A stretch of 64,000 nucleotides of DNA from a virus (taxonomy: Duplodnaviria; Caudoviricetes). The notes beneath the pieces are model-generated. The model searched no databases and had not been told where the DNA came from. It saw only the letters and a program-made list of their open reading frames with translations. Both the position numbers and the translations under genes were made by a program. The stretch lies in IMG/VR virus record IMGVR_UViG_3300008954_000001. One strand, given 5' to 3'. Positions 1 to 10,900 of this stretch are shown here, in pieces (the stretch's first letter is position 1; the number at the start of each line of letters is the position of its first letter).

Positions 1-3000
1 CATACAGGTGTGGTGAGGTTTTGTGTTTTGCCAGAACCCGACCTTCAATAGAACATTCAATGGCTTGGTTACCTTTGGTGACTGAGCCGAAAGAAACAAT
101 GTCTCCGAACGCAATATCGCTCCAAACGGTTTCCGGTAACTGCCACTCGCTTCTATCAACGGGTTTCGTTTCCAACAGAAAGGAAGTGTGGCTTATGGGG
201 TATGGGTCGAACAAAGCCCGACCGAAAGAGTTCTCGTTGAACTCCTCTACACCAAAGGTCATATAGATATTGGTGATCCCAGCATCTTTACCGTGCCGAC
301 CTTCGGGGAGAATTTCTGGCCTATCCCAAGGCCAAGACCAACGTCCGGCCCAACCTGAAGCGGGGTGGTCATACGCAATACCACCCGTCCTACCGAGAAA
401 GTTTGCTTCGCCAACAGTTGTGGCGTTCGGGTCTGTGAAGGGCCTTTGGGTTTTACTTACCCCTCCAACAACATGAACATCAAGCCCAAGCCCTACGGCC
501 CCCATCAAGGATTGATCGTTAAACCAATCGGACATGCCTCCAGTTGGGAACTTGACATCAAATAAGTAGCCCTTGCCACTTCTTCTAAAGCTGGTGATGG
601 GGAAAGAGCCTGCATATCGCCCTAAGGGGCGGGTGCCGCTTCGTTCAAAACCAAGTTCTTGAACATTCCCTCGCAAGGTAAGAGAGTGGTGATCCCACGA
701 CCCCGTGTTCACAGACGTGGGGTACTCTTCAGGTCCACTCACATAGGAGTTATCTCCATAGAACAATCCACAGCGGGACTTCCCTGACTGGTGCTCAAAT
801 GTCCCACCGAGGAAATGAACTAAACTCTCTCTCTCTTTCCCGTCACTACTGGCTGGCCGCACTTCCAACAATACGTTGTGAAAGGGAGCGGCTTTCCGAT
901 GAAGCTCACTTGCGTTACTGGCATTCATGCCACCCAACTCGCTCTCAATATTGAGAGCGACCCCTCGGCCACCGCACAAGAGAGCAACTTGGTCTCCCGC
1001 TTCTGCGGGGTGTCGATGATCGTTTCGAGCCGTGAAGATCAACTGGTGTTCGTACTTAACCGCATCTAAGGTAAGAGGTCCGGCGGTAGTCGTAACCGTC
1101 GTAGTGTTCTGCAACTCAGGGTTTTCAGATGGGGTCAGGATATCCTGAAGGAAGTTAGCTTTACCCAACGCAACTAATGTAGAGGGGTTCTGAGAAGTCG
1201 CTACGTCGGAGTACAGTCCCGTCTTATTGAGGTAATCGGCTAACTCAATTGGATTGGTGCAAGTAACTGGGTGGACGGGTTTTGGGATCACCATCTCATA
1301 GTGAATCCAAGCCGTAGGTGTTCTTGGGTCTGCTGATCGTAGGTCGATCAGAAATCTCAATGCTGTCTTGATCTCAACTGGAAATTCAAGTTTAGATACC
1401 AAGTAAGGAGTTTCGGGGAGGGCTTGAATTTGCCGCCCCGTGGCCGTCAGTACCTTTTGCTTGTGAACAGGATCTGAGTCAAAATCTACAACATTCCGAT
1501 TGGCACCCGTTAGAGTCCGTAAACCATAGCGTCCAGCAGGGGTTCCTGTGTTCAGGTGGTCAGAAATATCTTTCCAAGTAAGCACCCCATCAGAAGTGGC
1601 GGTAGCCCACCAAAGCGGATTTGATGCCGCTTCCGCCCTACGCTTATCGGTGGACCCGATGGTAACCATGTCTCGTTTGAGGGCATACCCAAAACGCTGA
1701 CCCTTTGCCGGGATGTTTTGGGTAATGACAACAGAGCTAACTGTGGCACCCTCAACAACCGCCGATAAAAGATTCGCTATACCGTCTTGTTCGTGGGACT
1801 CGAAAAGCTCAAGAGCGTTCCAATCTCCGGTATTGGTATTCCGAAGGGCGATTGAAAAACCATTAGGAACAGGAGAGCCTACTTTTGGTTGGACTCCAAT
1901 ATCCTCGATCAGACCAGCGACCCGTCGCCATTGAACACCAGATGCGGGAGAGGACTCCCAATTGGTGTACATACGACCACGAGAGACTTCGATTCCGATC
2001 TCATGTGTTTGATCGGGGGCTGGCAGGTGGCCAGAAGGCATCCATGGAGGATCGTCAGTTGACCATCGTTGCGTTTTAGCGTCGAAATGGAACCGAGAGA
2101 TTTCTGATGTTTTCCCGTCTCCGAGGTCTCCAAGAGGGAAGAAGGCTCGCAACTCTTCGGCGGGACCAGCCACCGCTGTCGGCATGACCGTCATCGAGCC
2201 GTCGAAATTGTAGGTCACATTTCCGTAAGCTAATCGGACAACATCCGTGCGAGCACTGCTACCGTAAGTCGTATCAAAACGATGATCTAAATCCCCACGG
2301 TGCCTGAAAAAAACACCCGTATCTTGATTAAGAGTGATCGTGTTTGGCCCTATCGTTGAGAAAGGCCCTACTCCAACTTGGAAGTAGATTTGTCTGAAGG
2401 AGATTTCCTCTGGACCCCATTTGATCCCGTCGTAATAGATATGGAGATCCGACAAAGGATGGTGATCTTGCGTATCCAAATAGGGAAGACCAGAAGGCTG
2501 CATCGCAAGGGTGAGGTGACCCGTTTCTGGGAAACTCCCTACTTCAAAGGAGCCTCGAAGTACCGTTAAGGTATCCCCCCAACTGTAATCCTTTACCTTG
2601 GGAAGATGCCGCAACATCTTTTTGCTTGAGAAGACATCTCGTTGAGTGGGGTTTGGGTAACCCAAATTTGCCGAATGTAGATCCCCGCCCGTCATTCGGA
2701 CAGAGGAACCTCGTTGGCCGCCTTCCATAGAGTAAGGCACAAAAGCAGCCCATAAGAGAGGCCGCCCCGCCTTATCCAAAGCAATGTCTCCGCCCGGTTT
2801 AGGGGTGTGGGAGAACTTCACGACACCCGAAGCGTAATCAATGTCTACATATTGGGTTTCGTCTAAATCGGGATCGAGAATCAACTCACGGGAAGCTAAT
2901 GGCCTCTCATAGTCTGGTCGTTCAGCTTTGCTTTTATCCGAAGGGAAAAGAACCATTCGGAAACCGAGGTCCAAAAGACTCCCAGGATCAGTGTACTTTT

Positions 3001-4540
3001 GTGTGTTCGGGATCGCTCGATCTGCTCGTGCAGAAGAGCCTCCGCCGGGAACATCGTTTGTCCCATGCACCTTTAAGGAACGGCCAACTTCTTTCGGGTC
3101 GATCAAACCCGTCAAACGAGCCGAATCTAACGCATCGGCATCAAAGTTAACCCCTGGCCCGTGAAGAGAATCAATCCCATCGTGGGCGGTACAATGGAGT
3201 TCGCCAACACCCGGCCCCTGAGTACGTAACTCGTGGTCAGGGTTCGCCAAAAAGAAGGGAACCCCTGTTTCAGGGTCTACGGTGTTGTGGTGTCGCAGTT
3301 CTACAAAGTATCCCTTTGACTTCGTTCGACCAATCTTGACTGCTTCAAAATAGCCGAGAGCACGTTTCGCCGTTGGGCAAACGGCAGGTAGACCTTCTTT
3401 GTCGAGATTGACTTCCGAAATGTGGATAATCGTAGTTTTCGGGTCTCCACCACCCAACCGCTTATCAAGCCACTCATAAACACCTTTCTTGACTCCGATG
3501 CGGAACCGTCCAGGTGGTGAAATCCCTAAGAAGTTCACATGAAGCGGAGCTTCGTGACTCAAGATCGCTTTGAATGTGCCGTGATCTGAATCGTATTCGG
3601 GGTCGAGGCTGATTGCTACAGGTCGAGGAATCGGCAAAGCCACTCGGCCCATGTAGTCGGCGGTGTCCCCTTTCCAAGCCACACGGGGCATCCAAAGATC
3701 GTCCGAAGCGGCGGAAGTTGGGGGAGTGACGACAAAGGACCGATTGTTGGAACCTCTAACGGGAACCAGCCGTGCGGTCTTCGCTTTTAATATGGTGATA
3801 GCTTTGAAAAAGCGTTTGTTGGAAGTGCTGGTCGTCTCGAAATACTCGTCGAGAGTCTTCGGGCCTTCCAAATCAATAATAGTGTTGTCTCGGATACTTT
3901 TGATACGAAACAACTCGTATCGAGCCGTACCGAGATGCTTTTCGGTCTCTACATGCCCTCTCTCTGGAAGGGTGGGGGGCTTGGAGACTTTCTTTGTAGT
4001 GGGGTCGTAAAGAGGACCGCCAGGATCGGTAACTACAATCCAATAAGGGTGGTTTTCCACATCGTCTGACTTAAGGCCATAAATGTTGCTAATTGCCGTG
4101 CTAAATTCCAAACGGCGGGGGCCAGTAACTGCCCACTGGTGTTGCGCCAACTCTGCGTTTTTAAGAGTTGGTCCATGCACCTCAAAGCTAACGGGGTGGC
4201 CTACAAGGGATAGCCCTAAATCCCCTTGGGCATTTGTGTTCCAAGCATACGGAACAAAGTTGATCTCTGGATAACCTCGCCGCCCCAAACGATTGTCAAA
4301 GCCGCTAATCGGTGCGGGAATATCAGCTTGGGTCGGTAATTTACCGTGTCCTAAGGTGTAGGATGCCGCCCAACTACCAGCGAAATCCTTTACTGCTTCT
4401 GCTGCTCGAATTGCTCTTGGAGGCACAGAGTCTTGACGACCAAACAATTCTTGCCAAGGCTGGCGTAATTGATCCGTGTCAGCGGCCTCTGCGAGCAACT
4501 TTCGCAAGCGATTTAATAGATCGTTCGTGCCCGTGGCCAT
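1..4540 (-). CDS. Large hypothetical virion/appendage protein, >1513 aa, 3' end beyond the window (not in the ORF track)
   Basis: Manual translation from ATG at 4540 (MATGTNDLLNRLRKLLAEAADTDQLRQPWQELFG...) stays open to base 2 (...GRVLAKHKTSPHLY). GGAG lies 8 nt upstream. Co-oriented with the tail operon. Contains YVDIDYASGVVKFS, similar to short motifs in other structural ORFs here. Confidence 0.85.
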   Translation of the reverse strand, partial: MATGTNDLLNRLRKLLAEAADTDQLRQPWQELFGRQDSVPPRAIRAAEAVKDFAGSWAASYTLGHGKLPTQADIPAPISGFDNRLGRRGYPEINFVPYAWNTNAQGDLGLSLVGHPVSFEVHGPTLKNAELAQHQWAVTGPRRLEFSTAISNIYGLKSDDVENHPYWIVVTDPGGPLYDPTTKKVSKPPTLPERGHVETEKHLGTARYELFRIKSIRDNTIIDLEGPKTLDEYFETTSTSNKRFFKAITILKAKTARLVPVRGSNNRSFVVTPPTSAASDDLWMPRVAWKGDTADYMGRVALPIPRPVAISLDPEYDSDHGTFKAILSHEAPLHVNFLGISPPGRFRIGVKKGVYEWLDKRLGGGDPKTTIIHISEVNLDKEGLPAVCPTAKRALGYFEAVKIGRTKSKGYFVELRHHNTVDPETGVPFFLANPDHELRTQGPGVGELHCTAHDGIDSLHGPGVNFDADALDSARLTGLIDPKEVGRSLKVHGTNDVPGGGSSARADRAIPNTQKYTDPGSLLDLGFRMVLFPSDKSKAERPDYERPLASRELILDPDLDETQYVDIDYASGVVKFSHTPKPGGDIALDKAGRPLLWAAFVPYSMEGGQRGSSVRMTGGDLHSANLGYPNPTQRDVFSSKKMLRHLPKVKDYSWGDTLTVLRGSFEVGSFPETGHLTLAMQPSGLPYLDTQDHHPLSDLHIYYDGIKWGPEEISFRQIYFQVGVGPFSTIGPNTITLNQDTGVFFRHRGDLDHRFDTTYGSSARTDVVRLAYGNVTYNFDGSMTVMPTAVAGPAEELRAFFPLGDLGDGKTSEISRFHFDAKTQRWSTDDPPWMPSGHLPAPDQTHEIGIEVSRGRMYTNWESSPASGVQWRRVAGLIEDIGVQPKVGSPVPNGFSIALRNTNTGDWNALELFESHEQDGIANLLSAVVEGATVSSVVITQNIPAKGQRFGYALKRDMVTIGSTDKRRAEAASNPLWWATATSDGVLTWKDISDHLNTGTPAGRYGLRTLTGANRNVVDFDSDPVHKQKVLTATGRQIQALPETPYLVSKLEFPVEIKTALRFLIDLRSADPRTPTAWIHYEMVIPKPVHPVTCTNPIELADYLNKTGLYSDVATSQNPSTLVALGKANFLQDILTPSENPELQNTTTVTTTAGPLTLDAVKYEHQLIFTARNDHRHPAEAGDQVALLCGGRGVALNIESELGGMNASNASELHRKAAPFHNVLLEVRPASSDGKERESLVHFLGGTFEHQSGKSRCGLFYGDNSYVSGPEEYPTSVNTGSWDHHSLTLRGNVQELGFERSGTRPLGRYAGSFPITSFRRSGKGYLFDVKFPTGGMSDWFNDQSLMGAVGLGLDVHVVGGVSKTQRPFTDPNATTVGEANFLGRTGGIAYDHPASGWAGRWSWPWDRPEILPEGRHGKDAGITNIYMTFGVEEFNENSFGRALFDPYPISHTSFLLETKPVDRSEWQLPETVWSDIAFGDIVSFGSVTKGNQAIECSIEGRVLAKHKTSPHLY

Positions 4541-4573
4541 CAATCAATCTCCATGCTTCTGTGAAAGGCGGGG

Positions 4574-4578
4574 TATAG
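4574..4578 (-). promoter_or_regulatory. CTATA motif, candidate late-promoter core
   Basis: In the 4541-4591 spacer. The same 5-mer occurs in five other spacers of the operon. Confidence 0.3.
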
Positions 4579-4591
4579 GCAACGCATTGGA

Positions 4592-7500
4592 TTACTTCAC
4601 TCCCGCTACACGTATGCCGCACAAGCCTTGAAGATGTTGTGGGGGAGCGGTTGGCCCACCCATTTCAAAGTTCAGATATTTACCGCCACCTTGATACATG
4701 ATCACCTTCACCAAAATTACCGCCCCATTTAGACCCTCAAACAACTGCGCTGGGGGTCCGAGGTTGCACCTTACCGTGCATCTATTGATCCCCATCTTCG
4801 GCATCGGGGTCAGATCCTTTGTCTCTGGCCCGACAACCATACAACCAGCACCATCAGCAAAGGGGTCTTGCTTTGATGGGCCTTCACCATCTCTTCGCCC
4901 AATATCCATCCAAGAGGTCAAACCCGGAACCTTGATAAGAATCGCCAGTTCGGGGCTGCCCGGTTCTGGTGCCTCCCATTTGAACTGCTCAAGGTTCAGA
5001 CCACGAATTTCCAAATCTACTAAAGAAGCCCCGACCGCATCATGACCAAGACCGAAGGCCCGTACCCAACTCCGACCTATACTTATATGGTCAGCCATAT
5101 CCGCCGCCTCAATGCCGCTGTAATCACAAGCGGAATTTTGAGTCGGTAAGTAGTTCTTGGTGTAGTCGTGTTGGGGGTAGATCAAAATCCCGCTGGTTGG
5201 CGTAGGATCTGTCACACCAAACTTAATGAATGGGTTTCGATCTGGCCAACCTGCAACTTGAAGCTCAAGCCGTTGGGCCGCTTCAGTTAGGGGCACCGTA
5301 TGGGATTTGGATGTCAGCCAATGAATTGCGTCCCAAGCTGTACCGTGAACATCTTCAAGTCGAATAGGAACATGGAGGTTGGTAATTACGCCATGAGGGA
5401 GTCCTGGCCCACACAAAGTTTCAGTATCTTTTAGTCCTAACGGCAAGCTGCCATCAGGAGCTTTGAAATCGCTACGGTAGCGGTATGTTTCATCGAGAAA
5501 GAGTTCCTTAGGGTCTTTAGCCCCATGCCAAAGATCCTCATGGGTGGTGGGATCGGCAGGGGTGGAAAACCAGATGTCCGTTAGGTTGCTGTATCTTACG
5601 GGGTTGGGGCGATCCTTACTGTGATCTGACCCGTGCCAGAGCAAAGTGGCATCTTTAAGACCCTCACCGTAATTATAGATACGGATACCTAAATCAAAGA
5701 AATGGTCGTGATGGTTCATATGCCGACCATGATTAAGAGGGCGGCGAAAGAACGCTCGTAAAGAAGCATCTTGTGAAAACTTCGGGAGCGTGTCCCCATC
5801 AAAATACAGAGCGGGGTCGTCAATCTGTTCGAGCAACATTTGGGCTACCGTATCCTCAACGGGAACGGGAAAGGATGCGTTATCGGATAAGAGGTGTCCT
5901 GTACCGAAATGGATGCGACCTCTTCGGAAATTGATTTCTTGCTGAAACGCTTCGGCTGGCTCTCCTCCCCCTACCGTAGCAACAGTGGTATCCGCAGCGG
6001 GAGTGAACGCCGAAGTTCCCAAAAACGCAGGGAACATATTGCCCATGTATAAGGCATCCCCTGTGATAGCCGATTCGCCATACCCATCCTTACCGTCATG
6101 CGTCAGGAAAGAAGTCTCAAATAGGCCATATACGGGAGGTGTGGCATCGTGGTCTGGGGCCTTTAGAGTAACAACCAGCCCTTCAGCCCGTAAACCCGTC
6201 GTATAGTTTTGCTCATAGCCAGCAGACAGAGCGTACTCAATCCCGCTTACGGCCATCACCTCTCCGACCTCCCAAGAGACCTGCGCTATATCATGTTGTC
6301 CTTCCCCATCTACAATCGGAGGTACGGGGTGTTTACAGAACTCGCTGTCCTTATCTCCAAGGACATCCTCGTAAACATTGGATCGAAGCACATGGTAACA
6401 AGAGGAATGGACAGGATCGGTTGAAGCCCGAACCTTGTTCCACACAGATCCGAGATGGCTCCAATCAACCAGATTGGCACTATACATCTTGTCCTGCGTA
6501 GGCATTTCAAGATCCCGCACCATCTCCTCGAAGTAAGCCTCTTTCTTGAAGTGGATTAGGACATAGTGACCGCAATCTCGTGGGTCATATTCAAGGAGAG
6601 TGTCGTCAGGGAGAAGGAACTGGTGGCGGTAGCGAGCTACCTGATAGGTCCAGTAGTCTTTGGCAAAGGATCTAAAGTCCCCTGCGTGTTCAAGATCAGT
6701 ACCGGGATCGAGCGCAGCGATTGAGGGCTTCTCGTAAAACCGATAAAGCTCTTCGGGCGGAGTCCAAGGCAAGCCGTGGGGTTTGGTGTAATCAACTAAG
6801 TAAGGCAACCGATAACGGAAAAAGTTGCCCTTATGCCCACCACCACGAGCAATTTTAGAACCGCCAAGAATCGGGATGCCGTCAGGGATCAATTCGATGC
6901 CCGCATTAGGGTCTGTGCCAAGACGAACTTGACCAGCAGCCGGTGCTCCTTGGCTTCCGTCTCCATCAAAATCATAGAATTCGTTTGGAAGGTCGTTCCC
7001 GTGAAGATCCCTGCCCATATGGATCTCAAACAAGTTGTACTGACCTGTGGCCCGTCCGGGGAATGTAAAGGGGTCGTAGGAGTGGGGGGCGCAATCGCCT
7101 CCGTGCTCACCGAGCCAGAAAATACCACCCGGATACCCATCGCACTTATCAAGGATGCCTTGGCCAAGATTCAAAGCGGCCAAGACTCGAAGTTTGAAGT
7201 CTTCGGGGTGGTGAAGGTGTGCGAATTCCCCATTCGGCTCAAACCGAATCAGGGCAAGGGTTCCACGGTCGGCGGGGAACACAACTCCAGAAACGACAAC
7301 TTCCTTACCTCCCTCTGGCCCACTGGAAGGAATGATCTCGTGGGTCATGGAAAGGCGGTTGTTCTCGGAGTTTTCATCCTTTTCTCTAACAAAGGCTCCA
7401 GCGTGAGCCTTGCCAACACCGCCACCAAGATAGGAGCCGTCTTCTACATTGAAGATCGGGTCGGTGTAAGGGTCGTTGCCCTTGGGCAAGAACTCTGTCG

Positions 7501-7996
7501 CCCCTCTCGGAGATCGCCAGAAGTAAGGGTAGATTTCAAGGCCCGTATCGGGGTCAGGAATTGGATCTCCATCAGGCCCCGGAACTTGGTAGTCCAACCA
7601 ACACCAATCTCCAGAGAGAATGTGGTGGGATCGAAGGAACCAAGTGGCATCGTCGAGCTTTAGAATCCCCCAATCAGGGATACTTGTCGTTTGAAAATAA
7701 TGAAGGCTATGGCCCACAGTTGGGGGCCGGGGGGGTACGAGAGCAGCGAGTTCATCCAGCACACCCTCAACATTAGAGGCATCATAGATTTTGGGTACAT
7801 CATCGACTGAAACTGAAGATGCTGGATGAGCATCATGCTCATCGATAATATGCTGCACCATGCCAGCACCCGCACCACCAGCGGCGGGAGCACCTGGTTC
7901 ACCAGATCCCGGAATAAAGGCGTTAACCTCAACGCTGTCGGAGGCGGCCAATCCGTGTCCGACCTTAATCGTTGCTGGGTCTATCTTTCGTGGCAT
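4592..7996 (-). CDS. Putative tail appendage/fibre-associated structural protein, 1134 aa
   Basis: Long ORF starting 1 nt after the upstream stop. N-terminal HIIDEHDAHPASSVSV...ASNVEGVLDELA resembles phage fibre/spike trimer-anchor motifs. Function inferred from context. Confidence 0.6.
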   Translation of the reverse strand: MPRKIDPATIKVGHGLAASDSVEVNAFIPGSGEPGAPAAGGAGAGMVQHIIDEHDAHPASSVSVDDVPKIYDASNVEGVLDELAALVPPRPPTVGHSLHYFQTTSIPDWGILKLDDATWFLRSHHILSGDWCWLDYQVPGPDGDPIPDPDTGLEIYPYFWRSPRGATEFLPKGNDPYTDPIFNVEDGSYLGGGVGKAHAGAFVREKDENSENNRLSMTHEIIPSSGPEGGKEVVVSGVVFPADRGTLALIRFEPNGEFAHLHHPEDFKLRVLAALNLGQGILDKCDGYPGGIFWLGEHGGDCAPHSYDPFTFPGRATGQYNLFEIHMGRDLHGNDLPNEFYDFDGDGSQGAPAAGQVRLGTDPNAGIELIPDGIPILGGSKIARGGGHKGNFFRYRLPYLVDYTKPHGLPWTPPEELYRFYEKPSIAALDPGTDLEHAGDFRSFAKDYWTYQVARYRHQFLLPDDTLLEYDPRDCGHYVLIHFKKEAYFEEMVRDLEMPTQDKMYSANLVDWSHLGSVWNKVRASTDPVHSSCYHVLRSNVYEDVLGDKDSEFCKHPVPPIVDGEGQHDIAQVSWEVGEVMAVSGIEYALSAGYEQNYTTGLRAEGLVVTLKAPDHDATPPVYGLFETSFLTHDGKDGYGESAITGDALYMGNMFPAFLGTSAFTPAADTTVATVGGGEPAEAFQQEINFRRGRIHFGTGHLLSDNASFPVPVEDTVAQMLLEQIDDPALYFDGDTLPKFSQDASLRAFFRRPLNHGRHMNHHDHFFDLGIRIYNYGEGLKDATLLWHGSDHSKDRPNPVRYSNLTDIWFSTPADPTTHEDLWHGAKDPKELFLDETYRYRSDFKAPDGSLPLGLKDTETLCGPGLPHGVITNLHVPIRLEDVHGTAWDAIHWLTSKSHTVPLTEAAQRLELQVAGWPDRNPFIKFGVTDPTPTSGILIYPQHDYTKNYLPTQNSACDYSGIEAADMADHISIGRSWVRAFGLGHDAVGASLVDLEIRGLNLEQFKWEAPEPGSPELAILIKVPGLTSWMDIGRRDGEGPSKQDPFADGAGCMVVGPETKDLTPMPKMGINRCTVRCNLGPPAQLFEGLNGAVILVKVIMYQGGGKYLNFEMGGPTAPPQHLQGLCGIRVAGVK

Positions 7997-7997
7997 C

Positions 7998-10900
7998 TTA
8001 ATCCCCCACCGTCATGAGCATGTCTTTGGTTCGGTAAACTGCCGCACAAGTTTGGGTGTCCGACTCACTAAAGCGAACAGTGTTGTCGTCGTCGCACTCA
8101 CCAAAGCGGCAAAAAACGATCATCAACAACTCTCCTTTTCGGAACAAACGGCAGTCTTGTAGCGACCTTGCCAAGACGGGGTAAAAAACTTTGTGCCTCA
8201 CAACCCCTGAATGGCTCTGTGAGAGCACGGTGGGGCGATAAGAAGCATCATCTGCAAAGGGATAGACGGCTCGGAACTCTTGATCCGCAAAGGGCGGATG
8301 TTCCAAGCTACCCAAGCTCAAGGGGGTAGTCTTATCCATTGGTACAAAAGGGTGTAGGGCTAATAGGCCCGTTGTGGCATCGAAATCATCAACCGAGGAG
8401 ACCGTTGAGGCACAGAAATGCCACTCGTGGGGGTGAGAATCACCCAATTCATCGCTGGTCACGGTTGGGATCTGATCTAAAGGAGCCACATAAGGGAACC
8501 CAAGTTCCAGTGACCCCATACCAATCTGACCCGTCCAAACCTCATTAGAAATCGCCATAACCTCTACTTCGAGGTTGGTCGGTAAGGGGCCAGCACCCCC
8601 CGCTTCAAGGTGGAAATCGCCCTCTTTTACACCACAAGTTTGAGGCGCATTGGTTCGATAGTAGATGCTGACTTGATAACCATTGTCCCCATCCCCCCAG
8701 TTTGAAATGGGGTCTTGGGAGTAATAAGTCACTTCACAAAGGGTCTGCTCGCCTACCAGCGCATCTCCCGACTTTAGTCGAACGATGCGGGAAGATGACC
8801 CAAACTCGGTTCCAGGGTCGCCCACACCGCCCACATGGGCCTCATAAACATCGTTGGTAATGGTGTCTTCAATCTCAACCACATAGTTCTTGTCTCCCCA
8901 TAATCTTCGGGGGGTCCGAACCATCTGACGAGTGTTAGATACAAGCGTGTCTTTAATGGGATCAAACGGCTCCGCTCCGGGGGCGCAATCCTCACCACAG
9001 TTTACAACCATCTCAACGGCAACCTCTCGGAAGCCTTCTCGGAACCTTGGAGCTAATGGCTTTTCCATCTCCAAAGGTTGTGTGGCTGGATTTGGGTTGT
9101 TTTCAATCAACTCTCCATACGGGTAAACCGTTTCGGATGTTGGGTTCACAAGACGGTCGGGAGTCTCGGTTAGGCCCACACCAAGCGGGTAACTGATCTC
9201 AACCTCTAAAAAGATTCGCCGTGGAGAACCGTTGTCCCCCACTACCCCATCCCCAACAATCGGGTATTCGGCAACATCAAGGCCCCCCGTTGCTTGAGAA
9301 TGGTTAGCGTCTAAAGACACTGTTACATGGTGGCTCCCAACGCCCGTGACCGTAGCGACTTGGGTAGATTGATCGATGGCTGTCTTGTAGTTTCCATCAT
9401 CATGCCAAATGCCTAAAACATCGGTGATTTCTGTGCCGGGGGGCATAGCGTCTGCCACAGTTTTGACATAGCCGTGCATCGTGGGGTCGGGTGACCAGTT
9501 TTCCAAAGTGGTCGCATCCAACTCTGTTAGGTCAAGATGAAGCTCATCGCCTTCATACCACTTTGTAGTTCCAACCATTTTGGTGACATATTTACCCGCA
9601 TTTACGGCTACATCATCGTCAGTAAAGAACTCTACAACCATCCGTTCAACGACAGGTTGTGTCCCAAACCTCCGTGCAACATGGTCAAATTCTCGGATGA
9701 ACTCACCAAACTCGGTGTCGCCAGAGTATAGGTTTGCCCCGGCACTATCCCAATCCCGACCGATCTCGTTGCATACAAGGTATTGGGTCGAAACATCGCC
9801 TGACTCCCCACCTAAAGTGTTTCGGGAGGTGGCATCGATAGCCCAAGTGAAGAACTGGCCGTCAAGTAAGTGTTGGATCTGTCTGCGAAGTTCGGCGGAT
9901 AAGTCTGCTCCCGTAGGGAGACTGTGCTTGCGAAGATCAAGGATGTCCCAATCTTCAATCACATCACAGAAGGCACCGTCTGGACGATCTGAATGTCCAG
10001 CGGGGATGCTGCCCATAATCGCATTTCCACCACCGCCACCACCGCCATAAACTAAACCAGCGTGGTTCCAAGGCAGTGCGCCGTTTGTGTTGTTCAAGGG
10101 GTCAAACCCTGTGCCAGAACCCTCTCCTCCCGACTCACCTATGTAAGCGTTGCTGCGACGAAATACGAAACAGATTGGAATTGCATATACGAAACCGTCT
10201 ACGGCTCCGAGGTCAAGAGCGGATTGTTCAGAGCCATCGCCCGCAATCCATAGCCCACTATCTTTACGTTGGTATGCAAGAGCACTGGAAGGAGTAGGCC
10301 CAACAGGGTCTACACTCTCACCGTCTGCTCGAAGGAAGCGGTAGTTGCTTACAGGGGCCGCCATAGCCCCCTGTGCCAGTACATCGGGTCCACTGAACCC
10401 GTCACACTCAGTCTTATGGTTGACCGCCTCTGTGGAGCCTGTGGCTCGAATGCGGTATTGAACTTGAACTCGTTGGGTGGACTCTGCTGCAACCGCAAGG
10501 TCTCGAATATCATCGTCCAAGTGGACGGCTTCGGGAGACTGTGTGTTTCCGTGGCGGTAGAGCGTGTCCTGTGAAGGTTTGTTTGGAGTATCCATACCGC
10601 CCGAAAGCTGACATTTTCCAGCTACGGGAGGGGTGTGTGGTGTGATGGCGGCTGCGTTGACGGTGGTGAACTCGTAATAACAATCGTTACCCAAATCACC
10701 TGTGACAGTGGAACGGAGATAAACGATGTCGGCTGTACCTGAGGCGTTGAACCCTACGATGGGATCAATGGCATCTCGAAGGCTCGCCGCAACTTGATTG
10801 ACGTTCCAGGCTCCGCCCATTCCGTCATCTAACTGAAAATCAACCCCCGCTTCGAGGGTGGTAGAAGCTCCAACACTATCGGTGAGAGTGATTGTGTCAC

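Noticed and set aside
825-836. (CT)6 dinucleotide run, and a similar run at 12111-12120
   Set aside because: Short enough to arise by chance; no supporting context for phase variation.
6833-7663. 276-aa plus-strand ORF, and the many other 60-220 aa ORFs overlapping the long minus-strand genes
   Set aside because: Antisense or alternate-frame shadows of long genes, with no recognisable motifs or RBS support.
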